Source: Epithemia pelagica (Eukaryota > Protista > Bacillariophyta). Taken from it: a stretch of 64,000 nt of DNA. Under the pieces are notes generated by a model, which was not told the origin of the DNA, searched no databases, and was given only the letters and a program-made list of their open reading frames with translations. The stretch lies in the NCBI GenBank assembly GCA_946965045.2, contig OX337241.1, forward strand, positions 620,001-684,000. Reading direction: 5' to 3'. Made by a program: the position numbers and the translations under genes. Position 1 is the first letter of the stretch. Each line of letters begins with the position of its first letter. Below, in pieces: positions 44,747 to 57,138 of this stretch.

Positions 44747-45226
44747 AAGAGCCAAGAATAATCAGATGGGATCACTGTGCGACTGGCCCTTGAGTGAGAA
44801 ACATTTCATTCGCAGACTGTATGATGTGCCGCACGCCGCACGCTTTTTTCTTACGCAAATGTGTCAGTAGGCTGAAAGTCAGTAGGCGTCTCCGATGTTT
44901 ACCGACGTACATAAGGTCAGTCGGTTGATCTGTCCGCGCCAATATTATGAAAGGCGCCCGTCGCTCACCGAGCATGCGCTTGATTTCCCGCTAGGCGATC
45001 CCTGTTGCCCCACAACCACAACTACGACGATCCAGATGCATAGGAGTATGTGCGAATGTGCATGGCCCTCTATCCTGTAGAGAAGCACAGCATCCTTATT
45101 GTCGTAATAATACAAGGCTAGAGAACCTGTCCAGTGACTGTTGTTCTGAACAGCATCCAGATCCGTATAGAAAACACGTTTTTCGTGTTTCAGAATCAGG
45201 CGCACATAAACTGGATCGAGCTAACC

Positions 45227-46819
45227 ATGGATGGCGACTGCTGCATATGCTGTGAATCGTACTGGAGTGACGAAGTAGGAGTATGTGTCCCTTGCGGTCA
45301 TGCCTTTCACAAGCATTGCTTTGAGAAGTGGCAAAAAGTGCAGTCTCGCACCAACACCAGTGGAGGCAGAGGAAGTCACCGTCATCGAACCAAATGTCCC
45401 TCTTGCAACACTGTCACCAAGGGATTTGTCAAGATTTTTATGAATCTTTCCAAAGTTACCGACCTCGCCGATACATCCACAATGGCAGCCGACAGCAGTA
45501 ACGACGACGACGTCATTAGTTTAGACGACGACCATTTGCATCAAGAAACACGGCAGCTTGAGTCGCTTCAGAGAGGGCAAGAACAGGAAGCAGAGCAGAG
45601 TAGCACTTCGGATGACAACGGTGCAAGCGATGGAGTGGAAAACCCTGAGTCCTCCGAGGAGAACAATGGTGAAAGCAGTGCCTCTGGTAATCCTGCCCCT
45701 TTGGAGGACACGTCCACATCTCGAGCTTCTCTCAACCGACACGATATCATTGAGATTTTGGACGATGAAAACGACGACGAAGTGATCGTTTTGGATGGAC
45801 CACAAAGAAATGCCCCTCAGGCAACACAAACATCTAGAAATGTGGATCAACCTCGAGCAAGCAGAGAAAAGGACAATAATAGCGAGTACCAGAAGAAACG
45901 TGCTCAAAAATATAAGCGACTTGCGCTAGGATTTCAAGGCACCTTGAAGTCGCAACGGCAATTGCACTCGGAAGCCATTCAACAAAAGGAACGGGCCCTG
46001 AAACAACGAATGGAACAGTTCCAGGCCAGACTAGAACGCCAAAGTAAACAAGATGTGGAACGTGTGGAGCGTGAGTTTGAAGAGCAGCGCCAAGAGTTGG
46101 AAGTTGAATTGCAAGGTGTGCGGTTGGATCGACAAACGTTGCTGCGAGAAAAGAAAGAAGTGACTCGAGAACTTGCCCAGTTGGAGAAACAACTAGTTTC
46201 CATGCAAACGTCCTTAAAAACATGTCAAGAACAGGCAAGTCGTAACCAGCGAAAGCAGCTGGAGCAGCTAAAGAAAGTCCAAGAAGACTATTCGCGCGTT
46301 TGTTCCAAGAATGTTGATTTGAAGAAGCAAGTTTCGCAATATGCCTTTCTGGTACAACAGCACCAGAGCAAAAACAATCCAGAATCATCGAGTCAGACGA
46401 AGGATACCATTAACATACATGGTCGCAGCAAACGACCAGCGTCCAATGGGAGAGCAGGAGGTCATCCTCAGAGTACCAACAACACCAGCCAAGCCATACG
46501 CTCAACGACTTCGAAAGATTTGTTCGTGGAGAATTTGTTGTCCCTTCACTCGGAACAACAACAAAAGAAACCAAAGACAAAAACGATGCTCAAGGAACTT
46601 GGATCTATTGTGGCCCAAACACAACAAGATCCCGCACCACCGCTTGCAATATATGGAAGTTCTTCTTCAGTGCGAGCAGACCGGAGTCTTGTGTCACGGT
46701 GTCCCAATACGTTGGTGCTTTCACGGGTCCCGAATCGGGTTCCCAAACAGCATCAACAACCGACATCCTCTTCAGAGAACCAGAAGAAGCGTGCTCCATC
46801 ATGGGCATATGACTTCTAA
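45227..46819 (+). CDS. RING-H2 finger / coiled-coil protein (putative E3 ligase)
   Basis: CCICCES...VPCGHAFHKHCFEKW...CPSC at the N-terminus, an acidic linker and a long coiled coil. ATG at 45227. Confidence 0.82.
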   Translation: MDGDCCICCESYWSDEVGVCVPCGHAFHKHCFEKWQKVQSRTNTSGGRGSHRHRTKCPSCNTVTKGFVKIFMNLSKVTDLADTSTMAADSSNDDDVISLDDDHLHQETRQLESLQRGQEQEAEQSSTSDDNGASDGVENPESSEENNGESSASGNPAPLEDTSTSRASLNRHDIIEILDDENDDEVIVLDGPQRNAPQATQTSRNVDQPRASREKDNNSEYQKKRAQKYKRLALGFQGTLKSQRQLHSEAIQQKERALKQRMEQFQARLERQSKQDVERVEREFEEQRQELEVELQGVRLDRQTLLREKKEVTRELAQLEKQLVSMQTSLKTCQEQASRNQRKQLEQLKKVQEDYSRVCSKNVDLKKQVSQYAFLVQQHQSKNNPESSSQTKDTINIHGRSKRPASNGRAGGHPQSTNNTSQAIRSTTSKDLFVENLLSLHSEQQQKKPKTKTMLKELGSIVAQTQQDPAPPLAIYGSSSSVRADRSLVSRCPNTLVLSRVPNRVPKQHQQPTSSSENQKKRAPSWAYDF

Positions 46820-47638
46820 TGCTGATCTAGAGCTCCTTCGCTAATTCGTGGAAGCAAAGCACGCAATGTTTGACGGTCTTGTAGGGCAATATCAGTCGCA
46901 TTGTCCTGTGGTTCATGAGCTGAGCTGCATCCCATCGTTGCTACGTAAAACGCAATTTTGATTATAGACTGTATCGATATCGGGGTTTGTCATGCATTCA
47001 TATTATTTGCCATGTAACAGATAGAGCTTCACAGCCTTCAGCGTACTACTCCTAGGAGCAGGAGGCCTGAGGATCGGAGAGTCCTTTTAGCCCGTAAAGT
47101 CGATGAAAGCGTGAAGCTCAATATTTTGTCACGTAGCTATGCTATTTCAGTCCCGTTGATCACTGTTTTCTGTCAACAGAAGAGGACGAACACTTGCACC
47201 TCCGCACCACCACAGATCCAAGGAAAAACCGCGTGACATCACCTATTCTGTAGTGGAACGAAGATCAAATCTAATAATTCTTTGTGGATTCTTCATTGAT
47301 CTAGCAGAACAACTGCAGAGGCGGCATCAGGCTCAAGAATCAAGAGAAGTGTGCAGCCAAGATACCACACGAGCTGCAGCAGTCTTCGTGGAAGCTCTTT
47401 GTCGATCTCTACTCCCCACTGAATTTATCTTGTTTGCTCTCCCCAACCGACGAAACGTTGTCTGTGATCGGCGAATTACTGTTCATGGGGTGGTGGCAAG
47501 GAAACACGTTCTGTTGTCAAAACTTCAGAACATTGCCTTGAACGGAACAATCTTCAATGCCCTCTCTGCTGTTACGCACGGACAAGTCCTTTGTCTAGAA
47601 CTCTAAAATCCAACTCAGGGGTAATAATTTTCAAGAGA

Positions 47639-50600
47639 ATGACGGAACAGAAGGGACAAGCCGTGCATCCTTCCCAAAACCGAAGCAAAAGTCCAAGCCT
47701 ACAAAAAGAATCAGACCGAATTTTGCTTCCAGGGAAACCAGACTTTGAACGATGTGATAACCGCGTTATATCGGCTCGCTACACAGCGTTAAGCTTCTTT
47801 CCAATGGTTCGTACATGCTATATGCTGTCAACGACAGAGTTCCCACATTTGCGGAATCGTCTCTCACATCTTGATTGTTTACTTGCTTTTCCAACTTGAC
47901 GAAAACAATACACATCACTTCTTTGTTTCCCACAACCGGTCGAACACCTACCCGTTACTCTTATTCAACCTACTCCGATAGGCGATTTTAGAACAATTCC
48001 GGCGGTTCGCTAATTTGTACTTCTTGGTCGTGGGTATCATTATGGCCGTTGGTCATTACAAACCTGATTTGTATGAATCTGCCATTGTGCCTTGGACGAC
48101 GTTAGGACCCTTGATGGTTGTCATTGCCTTCTCCCTGATGGTGGAAGGTAGTGCCGATCTCAAACGGCATGCCAATGATCGAGAAACCAATGATATTGCT
48201 ACCTGCATTGTCTTGACACGACGGGAAGATTTGCCAGAGAATCATCGGGATAGCCCTCATATCGTGACGCCCAACCTTAGTAAAAGGGACGATAACCACC
48301 ACAACGACCCCAGTGGCAGTGGTCACCGTGCTACCGAAATTCTCCAAGGAAATGACGTTCCGGTGACCCTTCACAGGCCACTCGACTCTCACCATTCTGT
48401 TAATTCTTCTGTAATCCAAACTGTGGTACCGCCTATCATGGACGAAGAAAACAACAATGAAAATCCTCCTGTTACTAGCGACAAAGCTCACATTGCCTTT
48501 CTCAGAATACGCCGTGCCGATGTCCGACAGGGACATATTGTGGTGGTCAAAAACCGAGAGATGGTCCCTGCGGACATTGTGCTGCTCGCGTCATCCAGTG
48601 ATGGTGGTAGTGCCTATATTGAAACGAGTTCAATTGATGGTGAGACCAATCTGAAGCTACGCAGTATACCACATGTACCAAGATCTGTTGAAAGAGCTAT
48701 GAGATCAGTGCAGTCCGACAAATCACCAGCGAATCAGCCGCTGTCCTCCATTGAAGAAGAGAAGACCGAGAATCACAGTCGTACAAATTACGATGAGGAC
48801 GATGTCGTCAGATCAGAAACCATCGAAGAAGCGGTACAAAGAATAACGCGGTTTTCTTATTTAGGTCACCCCGATGCCGAGTCGGTGTTGATGCATCCCA
48901 TTTACAAACAGACACACGATATCGACAACGAAGAAGAAGAACCCGGCAGCCAACGATTTAGCTCGCCTTTGTTGAATAATCTCGAAAACTCACTCCGTGG
49001 TTTCATTGCCAATGTGGGGGAGGTGACACACCAGCTTCAGCATCCCCATCATCTGTACCAAACACTGTCTCGGAGAGACAGTCGCGATGTCAATGACCAC
49101 GACCATGATGACTATATTGCCGCGTTGGTGACCGAGCCGCCTAACCCTAGTGTCCATACATTCCAAGGCAAATTTGTGTTGCCGCCTCTGGGACAGACCG
49201 ACCGAAATCGGCAGCCGCAGGAGCTGATGGAGTTGCCTCTAGACGCAACTAATGTGCTGTTACGGGGTGCGGTTTTGCGAAATACTGAATGGATTATTGG
49301 AGTTGCATTTTTTACAGGGAAGGATACAAAGCTGGTTCAGAACTCTGTGAAGACTCGCTCCAAGTTTAGTCAGCTTGATCGTCTCATGAACCAGACAGTG
49401 TTGGTTATATTGGCAGTTATGATTTCTGTTATCTCCTATCTAGCCACGATGGCCGTTCGAAGCAACCAAGAAAAGTTCGATGATCTGTGGTATGCGGGGT
49501 TTAACACCAATGGCAGTGAGCCATGGCCTTTTCTTCCAAATTTGGACGCACCAAAGTGGAAAACGACTCCACGGACGTGGATTCAATTCTTTTTCCTTTA
49601 CGTGACACTTTTGACCAATTTTATTCCTCTCAGCTTGTACATTTCGGTTGAATTTGTTACTTTTTGTATGATGACCTTTGTTCATAATGACTTGGAGATG
49701 TATGACGACACAAGTAACACTCGAGCTATAGCGCGAAGCACGAATATTACAGATCTCGGACGCGTTCAATATATTTTCAGCGACAAGACTGGTACTTTAA
49801 CGCAAAATGTAATGCGATTCAAACGCTGTTCAGTGGATGGATCGGCGTTCGGGGCCCCGATCCAAAAAGCGACGCCGGAGATAAACAAAGAGATGCCAAA
49901 TGAAGAAGCAGAGAATTCGGACAATCCAAGGGCGTCACCCTCCTTGAACGAATCAACTCCGTTTCATCCTCTGCGTCAGCTGCTGGTTGGGCGTCTCCAT
50001 CGTCCTTCCGTCAATGTGGTGCTTCCGACTAGTGGCAACAGGGCACCAAATAAAGTTCGGACCATCGAAATAGCGAGCGATAGACTGACATTCAATGCAG
50101 AAATGTTTTTGCGGGTCATGTCGCTTTGTCACACGGTTGTAGTGGAGAAGGACCTTGATCACAAGTACGGGAGAATCGGCGCTTCCGAGAGAAGTGGGAT
50201 AGAGGACGTTCAACAGTATTCTTCGGGGGCTGAGACTTTCTCCAAACGAAGTCGTTTCGGTCGCCATTATCAAACGACCCTAGGGCGGTCGGGTCTGAAA
50301 AAGTCAACGATCCGACCAGAAGAAGAATCGATTCTTCTTGGTGATGACGACAGTGGATCGTACCACGACGCAACTCTCGTCTCCGGTGGGAGCTCGGATA
50401 TACTTGAGCAACAGAAATCTACTTCTGATGGAGCACCTTCTGGATTTGCTTATCAGGTAGAATCTCCTGATGAAGGGGCCTTGGTGTCTGCTGCAAGTTC
50501 AATATACGGTTTTCAAGTGGTGGTCCGGAATTCACAGGGAATCACCCTGCGGGTTGCGAGACCCTCACATTTGGAGGATAAGGAGCTCGTAGCTGGATTA

Positions 50601-53363
50601 ACAAACGGAGAGATTTCGTTACCAATGCTGGCAGCTGAGACGGCCTTTGACCTGTCATTGCAACCATCCGCGACCGTAGATGCGACGTGGTCATCGGAAA
50701 GAGAAGAGACTTGGACAATCCTGGCGACCAACACATTTGACTCTGACCGAAAGAGGATGTCAGTATTACTCCGTTCACCACCGGAACTCGGGAATCTACC
50801 AGTATTGTTTTGCAAAGGAGCTGATACATCGATGCTTGACCCAAGTGTATGTGCGCACACAAAAGCCATCCTACAACAAACAAACAGCGAACCTAAAATG
50901 GACCTGGACGATTTCCCTGAAGAAATAGACCCATACGAAGAATGGGAAATTGCGCACATGCTTAGTCTCCGAGCTCATTTAGGAGATTTTGCCTCGGAGG
51001 GGTTGAGGACACTTGTTCTTGGGATTCGAATCTTAAACGAAGCAGAGTGCCGAGAATGGCTTGATGTATATAAAGCTGCGTCTGTTTCTCTCGTCAACCG
51101 AAGCGGACTTTTGGCAGAAGCAGCACTGGCTATTGAGACCAATCTTCATATAGTGGGGGCTACAGCAATCGAGGATCGATTGCAGCGTGGTGTACCAGAT
51201 ACAATTGCGACTCTTGGAAAAGCAGGGATTAAACTATGGGTTCTTACCGGTGACAAGAGGGAAACAGCTGTCGAGATAGGTTATTCCACTAACGTTCTGA
51301 CTCCCAAAATGCATGTGACTGAAGTGGAAGATTTTGGTGAGCTACACGTTCGCACACAGATTGGAATGGAATTCTTGAGTCTCGTCAAACGGGGCCGCCT
51401 CAGTGAGTATCAGCAGGCGCAAGTATCGGAAGGAAGAACGTGGTCACTTCGGACAATGCTTTACGGTGCCCAGTTTGCTATCGGCAAATTAATAAGACGT
51501 ATACAAAGATGCATGGAGGGCTGGTTAGCGGTTGTGCTTCAACGACTTTCATTGAAGGAACTGGCAGAATGGCATCTCGCTAGGGTTAACCGAAATTTGG
51601 ATGACGAAGCTCATATCATCAACGTCTTGCAACGTAGGCGGAATGTTCGTCGCCGAGCGGAAGCGATAGTTCGCGCGTGGCTTGAAAGTGATGAGGGGAG
51701 AATACAGCGGCGAGGAGGGGACTGTGATGACGATGAGCTTTCCATGGTTTCAGACGATACCCCGAAGGTGTTTAGGAACGCAACGGCTGCCAAGTCACTG
51801 CTGATGGATATAAGAGAATCAGGACGACTTTCTCATGCAACATTGCGTGAGATCTCCCTGGCTTCTTTGACGGCGCTCCAAGCTGGTCAAAGAGGGACTT
51901 GGCCTTTGGTTGACGAAGACACTTTGTCGATGGAGAGCTTCTGCCCTGGGAATATGGACGACTCTGGCCATTACTTTGACACCAAACGAAGAACGCTTCT
52001 CGAACGCGCTTTTGCTATCGACAAAGCGATGCAAAAAGGAAGGTTGCGCAAACATGTCTTTCCCGAAAAACTTATTGCTCTTGATGGCAATGAAGCATCT
52101 ATCGGTGTCAAAACACCGAACACATCCGCGCTTGGAGCTGGTCCTCGAGCTCTTGTCATCGATGGCGATGCTCTCAAACACTTGTTGGGAGACCCTGAAA
52201 TTGAAGAGCTTCTTTTCTCGGTCGCACGGACGTGCGACGCGGTGATCGCTTGTCGTGTAAGCCCCAAACAGAAAGCACTGTTGGTGAACTTGGTGAGGCA
52301 CAACGTGTTTCCGAAACCCGTCACATTGGCCATTGGAGACGGGGCAAATGACGTAGGGATGATTCAAGAAGCTGATGTTGGGGTGGGTATATCGGGGAAA
52401 GAAGGACAACAGGCCGTCAATGCATCAGATTTTGCAATTGCCCAGTTTCGCTTTCTGAAAGAGCTCGTTCTCATTCATGGTCGATGGGACTTTTTTCGTC
52501 TGAGCACTGTTGTTCTTTTTTCTTTCTACAAGAATGCAGTTTTAGCAGGTGCACTGGTCACCTTTGCCTCTCAAACCGTTTACAGTGGAACATCGCTTTT
52601 TGATCAATGGCTGATTGCGATGCTTAACTTTGTGGCCGGAATTCCAATCATAATGACTGGCCTCTTTGATCGTTGCCTGAGCAGAGACTACGTGAAAAGA
52701 AATCCTGAGGTCTACAGAGCGACACAAGAGAACGAACTGATTACATCTAGGACCTTGCTGCGGTGGATTTGCATGGTTTTCATTCACTTGTTCACGCTCT
52801 ACTATTTCACAATTCCAACCCAATCGAACGGAGGTGGAATGACAAGTGCGTTTACGGGACTTATGCGGAATGAAGCTTTCGACGAACCTGGAAACGGAGA
52901 AGGCGGTGACCTTAAGAGCGCAGGCACCGTAACTTTCTCTTGCATGATATTTCTTCTCGCTTACAAGGTCCTCTATGAATCGAGATCGCTTATCCATGGT
53001 GTCTGGCCCGCCTTCACTTTCCGCAAGGGAAGTGGCGAAGGGTTATGGAGCCGACTCGCGTATACTTGGGTTGGTGTTACGTTTCTTTCGATTGGTTTCT
53101 ACTTTTGGGCAATCAACAACTACCAAATGATGGGGAGGATTTTCGTTAGCAATCTCTCTAGTTTCGTCGATGTCATGAATCATGTACTTTGCACAAGATC
53201 CCTGAGCTGGATGCTCATAGTTTTCGTTCCAATCATTGGCGTAACATTCGATGTTTGTTTGAAGTTGTTCTCAAACATGTTCTACCCCACGCAAACCCAG
53301 ATTCACAGGGAAATCGAAGCGAAAGAACTTGGAGAAAGACGCAAGAGGAAGCTGGTCCAATGA
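47639..53363 (+). CDS. P4-type ATPase (phospholipid flippase); exons 47639..47806, 47982..53363 (1849 aa)
   Basis: DNRVISARY...EQFRRFANLYFL, DGETNLK, FSDKTGTLT (phosphorylation site), ESPDEGALV, FDSDRKRMSV, LTGDK, CRVSPKQKA, IGDGANDVGMIQ and SDFAIAQFRFL. Confidence 0.95.
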
Positions 53364-54232
53364 AATTGTGTGCTATCCTCTCGTTACATTCGCCAAACGT
53401 TTACTCTTTCCTGGTTTTGTGTGATATAATCGAAAAGGCCGCCATGAAGAAAAAGCACAGACACGGCTCGCCACTTCAAGTTTGCAGGCGTGATTATTGT
53501 CTTAGTCTCTGTGACCGATCGGAAAACATCGAACAATGTCCACCTAAACGGAAGACCCAGTAAAGTGATGACCTTTTGGCATTGAGTCGCAGCTCCACCT
53601 ACCTAGCATCTAGTGCCGCTAGGCTCATAAACCATATGAGTAAGAAAGGAAGAAGTCTTTATCCGGGGATTCCGGAAACTACTAAAAAGACAAATGCATC
53701 AGACATTGCTGTTGTAATACCATGCATAAACCATTGCGATTGCTCATGATCACTGATCACTGCTCGTACCCTTACCCCTACTTCCCCAGCTATCTCAATC
53801 TCAGATCTTAGGCATCAGGTTCCAAGATCAAGATCAAATAATATATGAAATCGTATTGGGAATTAGGCTATTGGCCACGCCCTATGACCTATGACGAACA
53901 CAACAAACTACAATACTGGTAGAAGTAGGGCACACGTCTATTTTTTATTTTTGTTGTCGTATTCCGTAGATTATGCTCTTAATGGTGTAGTCTTCAGTTT
54001 TGAGATTGTACTACATCATAGAGTTGCTGCGATACTTTTGTTTTTTGTATTTTTTTTGTCCCTCTAATACGGCTTTCTCGTATGGCCCTCTAGTAGCGTG
54101 AGGCATGTTGGTTTGCCTCACAAAAATGGAAAAGTGGTTCCGTGAGGTGACCAAACGAAGGATTCTCCATCCGAGTTGCATGCTGATTGATTGAGCACAC
54201 ACGTGCGAGCGGTTCCATCGAATGCTTCATCC

Positions 54233-54865
54233 ATGATATCCACCCAACGAACCGAGAATGGAGACGAATGCGGACAAAGTCGCAAATGTGACCGCTCTTC
54301 CGCACAACATGTTGTCCGATTTCGAGGAGTCACGGAACTGTGGTTGAGTTCGGCTGCGGCCGCCTCTGAAACTCAAACCACAGAAAAGAAGGTGCCCGCA
54401 CGATCCCTATGGTATAGTAGAAGAGAGTACCACAAGTTCAAGAAACTTATTCTTGCGGATTTTGAGGAGACAGTTCGAAGCTATCAAGCGTCATGCAAAA
54501 ACCAAGAAGACAATCTCTGCTCTTCCATTCGACGTGCATATAACGAAATACAGGCGTCGAGACCCTTAGAAGAAGAACAAAAGTCCGATGACAAACTCAA
54601 TGACGAAGAACCCGACCTAAGGCCAATGTTCCATGGATATGACGGAATTGTCGGACTTGAACGACTTGCGGATATGGAACTTTATTGCGATCGCCGCCGC
54701 CGCTACAGCGACCTCATTGAAGCTATAGCACATGCTCAAGCAGACCCGGGTATGCACTCCGAAGAGCATCTTCGGCACGTTTGCGAACAAATCAGCCGCC
54801 CCTCCAAACTGTTTGCTCGATACCTAGCCAATGCCGCGGCTGAATCATCGATGGAACGCGTATGA
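54233..54865 (+). CDS. Uncharacterised VRF/WY/GLE family protein, copy E
   Basis: VVRFRGVTEL...LWYSRREYHKFK...IVGLE...ELYCDRRRR...VCEQISRPSKLFARYLANAAA. Confidence 0.75.
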   Translation: MISTQRTENGDECGQSRKCDRSSAQHVVRFRGVTELWLSSAAAASETQTTEKKVPARSLWYSRREYHKFKKLILADFEETVRSYQASCKNQEDNLCSSIRRAYNEIQASRPLEEEQKSDDKLNDEEPDLRPMFHGYDGIVGLERLADMELYCDRRRRYSDLIEAIAHAQADPGMHSEEHLRHVCEQISRPSKLFARYLANAAAESSMERV

Positions 54866-55643
54866 ATGGAATGCTTGAGAAGTTGATGAGGATTGCCTAT
54901 TCTGAAACAGAAGAATGGGTAAAAGCTCTGCGATGGGAGGAACAACTCGCAAATCCTCCTTCTTCCCTTCTGTAACAACGATAAACATAGAAATAGAGAA
55001 CATCAATTCAGACTCAAACAAGGAGAAGTAATAGAATCAGATGTGTGGAAAACACTTGTTCCTCTTTAAATAGTATGCTGGATGCTCTTTGTTTCATCCA
55101 TGGATCCTGCTAACCTCGGTAGTACTCCTAGGAGCAACAGCTACCTGTCTTCGGCATCTAGAGGAAGGATTAATAGAGGTAATAGGGGTAGTCAATGAAG
55201 GCAGCATCTGAATGAAGTTCAAAAGCTGGCCGGGGGGCTCGGCTACTGGCCACTTTTTGAATTATTGCCCTAGTTAAACTCTTATACAAGAGTCATCACT
55301 CCGTACTTTGTCTTTTTCCCCCCATCGTGGCCCCAGTGCCATTGCCCCAGTCCAGACAGTAGTCATTTGGGGGTCACTGGTTAACTAAACACAACACCAC
55401 CCGTCAGTCCCAATTTCGTTCAGTATAGAATTTTGTGTACAGTTTATCAATACCGTTTTCAATGGGGGATTTTTCGTTCACAAGACTGGGATGCCGTACG
55501 GAGCAGCTCACGTAACGAGTAACGAATAAAACGAAAGCAACCAGCAACCATTTTCGCTTTTCGCCTCTTTCGTGTCAAGCTCTTCTTCTTTCCATTTTCG
55601 CAGCAAGCCGCAACCCTCGTTATTCTCCCTGTTGTGTAACACC

Positions 55644-56486
55644 ATGGTTGTGCTTCATCACACGGAAATGAACGGTGGATATTTGATTCCTCCCAAGACC
55701 TTACGATCAATGGCCATTGAAAATGTTCCTGCGCTGGAGGATGTGAAATACATGGAAGCCCATCATCAAGAATCGTCCACGCACCTGGTTGATCAAGGGT
55801 ACAAATCTTTGCAAACCAGTTCTTCACGCGTATTGGTTTCTTCGTCTGTCCGATTTGGAAATGTTTCCGAAATATCAGTGTCATCCTGCCGCAAGCATCA
55901 GAGAGATGAAGATGATGTCGATGTTGCCTCTCTTTGGTACAGCGAACAAGACTTTGCACGTTTCAAGATCATGGCAATGGATGACGCGAAGCAGGTCGGC
56001 CGCACCTGCCCCATTTCGAGACGTCAGATTCGAAGAGTCTATGAACAAACTCTTACAACATCGCAATCCGACTCGTCTTCGGACGACGATAGCACGGCAT
56101 CAACTTCCTGCAACTTGGAGGAGTTGCAAAGTCACGATTGTGTCGAGGCCGTGGGAGTGGAGCAAATAGTCGATCGGGGAGTTTACAGACACCGAAAACG
56201 ACGACGCTTGTCCTTACTGGAAACTGTTTGCAGAATCCAGAAACAGGCCTCGCCTGAGACTTCCTCCTCTTGCTCACCAAAGGACTCTTGCGTACTACAA
56301 CACCAACCCGAAACGGCCTTGCTTCTGCGTTATGCATGTGAGGGCATTACTGGACCATCAAAGATATTTGCCCAATATCTAGGTTCGGCAGCATCAAGAA
56401 TACAAGATGGCATTCCCTCTGTTCAACCATTTTCTTGCGAACACAACTCGAGTAAGGCGTTGAAACTAACTTGTGTTCCAGCATAG
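55644..56486 (+). CDS. Uncharacterised VRF/WY/GLE family protein, copy F
   Basis: SVRFGNVSEI...LWYSEQDFARFK...AVGVE...GVYRHRKRRR...ACEGITGPSKIFAQYLGSAAS. Confidence 0.75.
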   Translation: MVVLHHTEMNGGYLIPPKTLRSMAIENVPALEDVKYMEAHHQESSTHLVDQGYKSLQTSSSRVLVSSSVRFGNVSEISVSSCRKHQRDEDDVDVASLWYSEQDFARFKIMAMDDAKQVGRTCPISRRQIRRVYEQTLTTSQSDSSSDDDSTASTSCNLEELQSHDCVEAVGVEQIVDRGVYRHRKRRRLSLLETVCRIQKQASPETSSSCSPKDSCVLQHQPETALLLRYACEGITGPSKIFAQYLGSAASRIQDGIPSVQPFSCEHNSSKALKLTCVPA

Positions 56487-57138
56487 TAACAGATATAGAT
56501 CTACGCTAGATCTCTATTTGCTACACAAGTATAGTCTTAGACAAAATCAATTCCTTACTTATCTAAAGGTCATGGTCAGCTCGGAAAGAACGTTCGCTCT
56601 TGCAAGTTGCGGATGCTATCACCCAGATGAGATCGATCTGTCCCAGTCCCCAAATTGAGTTGTGATGCGGTTGACATAATTTTCTCCAGCAAACAAGCAT
56701 TTCTGACATAAAGCATTGTCTCCATGGGTGATAAAGCGGCTTTATTCGAGATATGGAATGAAGACAAATACTTTTCAAATGTGCAGTTTCTTCGAAAGTT
56801 CAAGCATATGCGGCGTAGCAGAGGAGACTTGAAAAGCATATTGTGATCAACGAGTGATATGTAGAGCAATGACTGATACCATCAACGTCGTCCGCTAAAC
56901 CTTGTTCTTTCTCATACATGTTGTGAAAATAAGAAACAAATATTCACCCGCACAAGCAGAGAGCAAGTACCAACCGTTTTAAAGAACTTCAGGCTTTGGC
57001 TCCACGCCATTTCATGCTCAGCCATAGATAATAGTTTGTTTGTGGGAGCTTGACGCTGTGAAATGGAATCCAGTGTCGAGAATACAACGACTCGGAGATA
57101 TTTGGCTGGTTGTATATCTGTCAGATCGACGAAGTTCA

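Noticed and set aside
44773-44779. CACTGTG, the reverse complement of the RSS heptamer CACAGTG, near the RAG1-like element
   Set aside because: It lies 26 bp outside the right TIR, has no matching CACAGTG at the left end and no matching TSD. A 7-mer is expected by chance in 64 kb.
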